Assembly: GCF_009914755.1 (NCBI RefSeq)
Contig: NC_060928.1
Reading direction: 5' to 3' (one strand)
Source: the human T2T-CHM13v2.0 reference genome, Homo sapiens
DNA length: 64,000 bases
Part shown: piece by piece, positions 62,527-64,000 of the stretch
Position numbering within the stretch: position 1 is the stretch's first letter
Layout: each line of letters starts with the position of its first letter
Made by a program: the position numbers and the translations under genes
The notes under the pieces: model-generated
Databases searched by the model: none
What the model saw: the letters and a program-made list of their open reading frames with translations, nothing else
What the model was told of the DNA's origin: nothing

Positions 62527-63259
62527 TGACCACAGGCTGGGATTACAGGCATGTGCCACCATGCCCAGGTAATTTTTATATTTTTAGTAGATACCGGGTT
62601 TCGCCATGTTGGCCAGGCTGGTCTCAAACTTCTGACCTCAGGTGATCTACCCGCCTCAGCCTCCCAAAGTGCTGGGATTACAGGCGTGAGCCACCGCACC
62701 TGGCCAGACCTGGGACATTTAAACAAAGCTAGCATTGAAAACTTCACTATAAGACAATAATCTACTTTATCTCCTAATATGTCACTTTCATGCACCTTCT
62801 TCTCTCGCCTAAATGAGCTTTCTATAGAGCCCTACAAATATCCTCCCTTACCTTTTTCAGAATTCTATGCATCTTTCAAGGTCCTAACCAAGTTTATGTT
62901 CTCTATAAAACTGGCCTTGTTAAGTGTTTTCCTTCTGCTTTAAAATCCTATAAAACTTATTGCCCATAATATTCATTTGGAATATTTCTTATGCTGCCTT
63001 GTATTGTTTTCCTTTTCATGGGTGTATCTTTTGTTTTTCCTAACTACACTGAAGGAGTTGGGGACTATAATATGGTTCTTCTCTATGTCACTCAGGAGTA
63101 TTTACTTTCCATTGAATCCTATAGGAAATATGCAGTGTAACCATACAAACAGCACCCAGTCATTCTATTAACTCACCATCTGCAAGTGAAGGGTGAGGGG
63201 AAGAGGACTCCTGAATCCAAATGATTTTTTCATTTCCATTATTAACTACATTACCACCT

Positions 63260-63957
<698 letters not shown>

Positions 63958-64000
63958 AAGTCTTTGACTCAACTCATTTAAGTGTCTGTAACTAAGGCAT

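Overview
Human (primate) genomic DNA, very Alu-dense. From recalled protein sequences it is the TRIM75-TMEM192 region (chr4q32; location from memory, not shown by the sequence). There are two real genes, arranged tail to tail. (1) An intronless, intact 468-aa RING/B-box/coiled-coil/PRY-SPRY gene, TRIM75, on + (ATG 14632 to TGA 16038). (2) Coding exons 2-6 and the 3'UTR of the lysosomal membrane protein TMEM192 on - (56135 down to the stop at 35122). Exon 1 is not in the window; all splice sites are GT-AG and the phases are consistent. The window also contains a 5'-truncated RPS10 processed pseudogene, solo LTRs with target-site duplications (MER41A-like; HERV-K/HML-2 LTR5B-like; MLT2), a nested MER21/MER31/Alu complex, DNA transposon relics (MER30, MER2, MER44), L1/L2 fragments, microsatellites and many dozens of Alus. 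Almost all short ORFs in the track are Alu artefacts. I do not see a convincingly new biological system. The best leads are regulatory or isoform hypotheses: TRIM75 octamer promoter and CPE, a tandem donor giving an NMD-escaping truncated TMEM192, a candidate poison exon, and inverted Alus in the TMEM192 3'UTR. Repeat subfamily names come from recalled consensus sequences and need RepeatMasker/Dfam confirmation.
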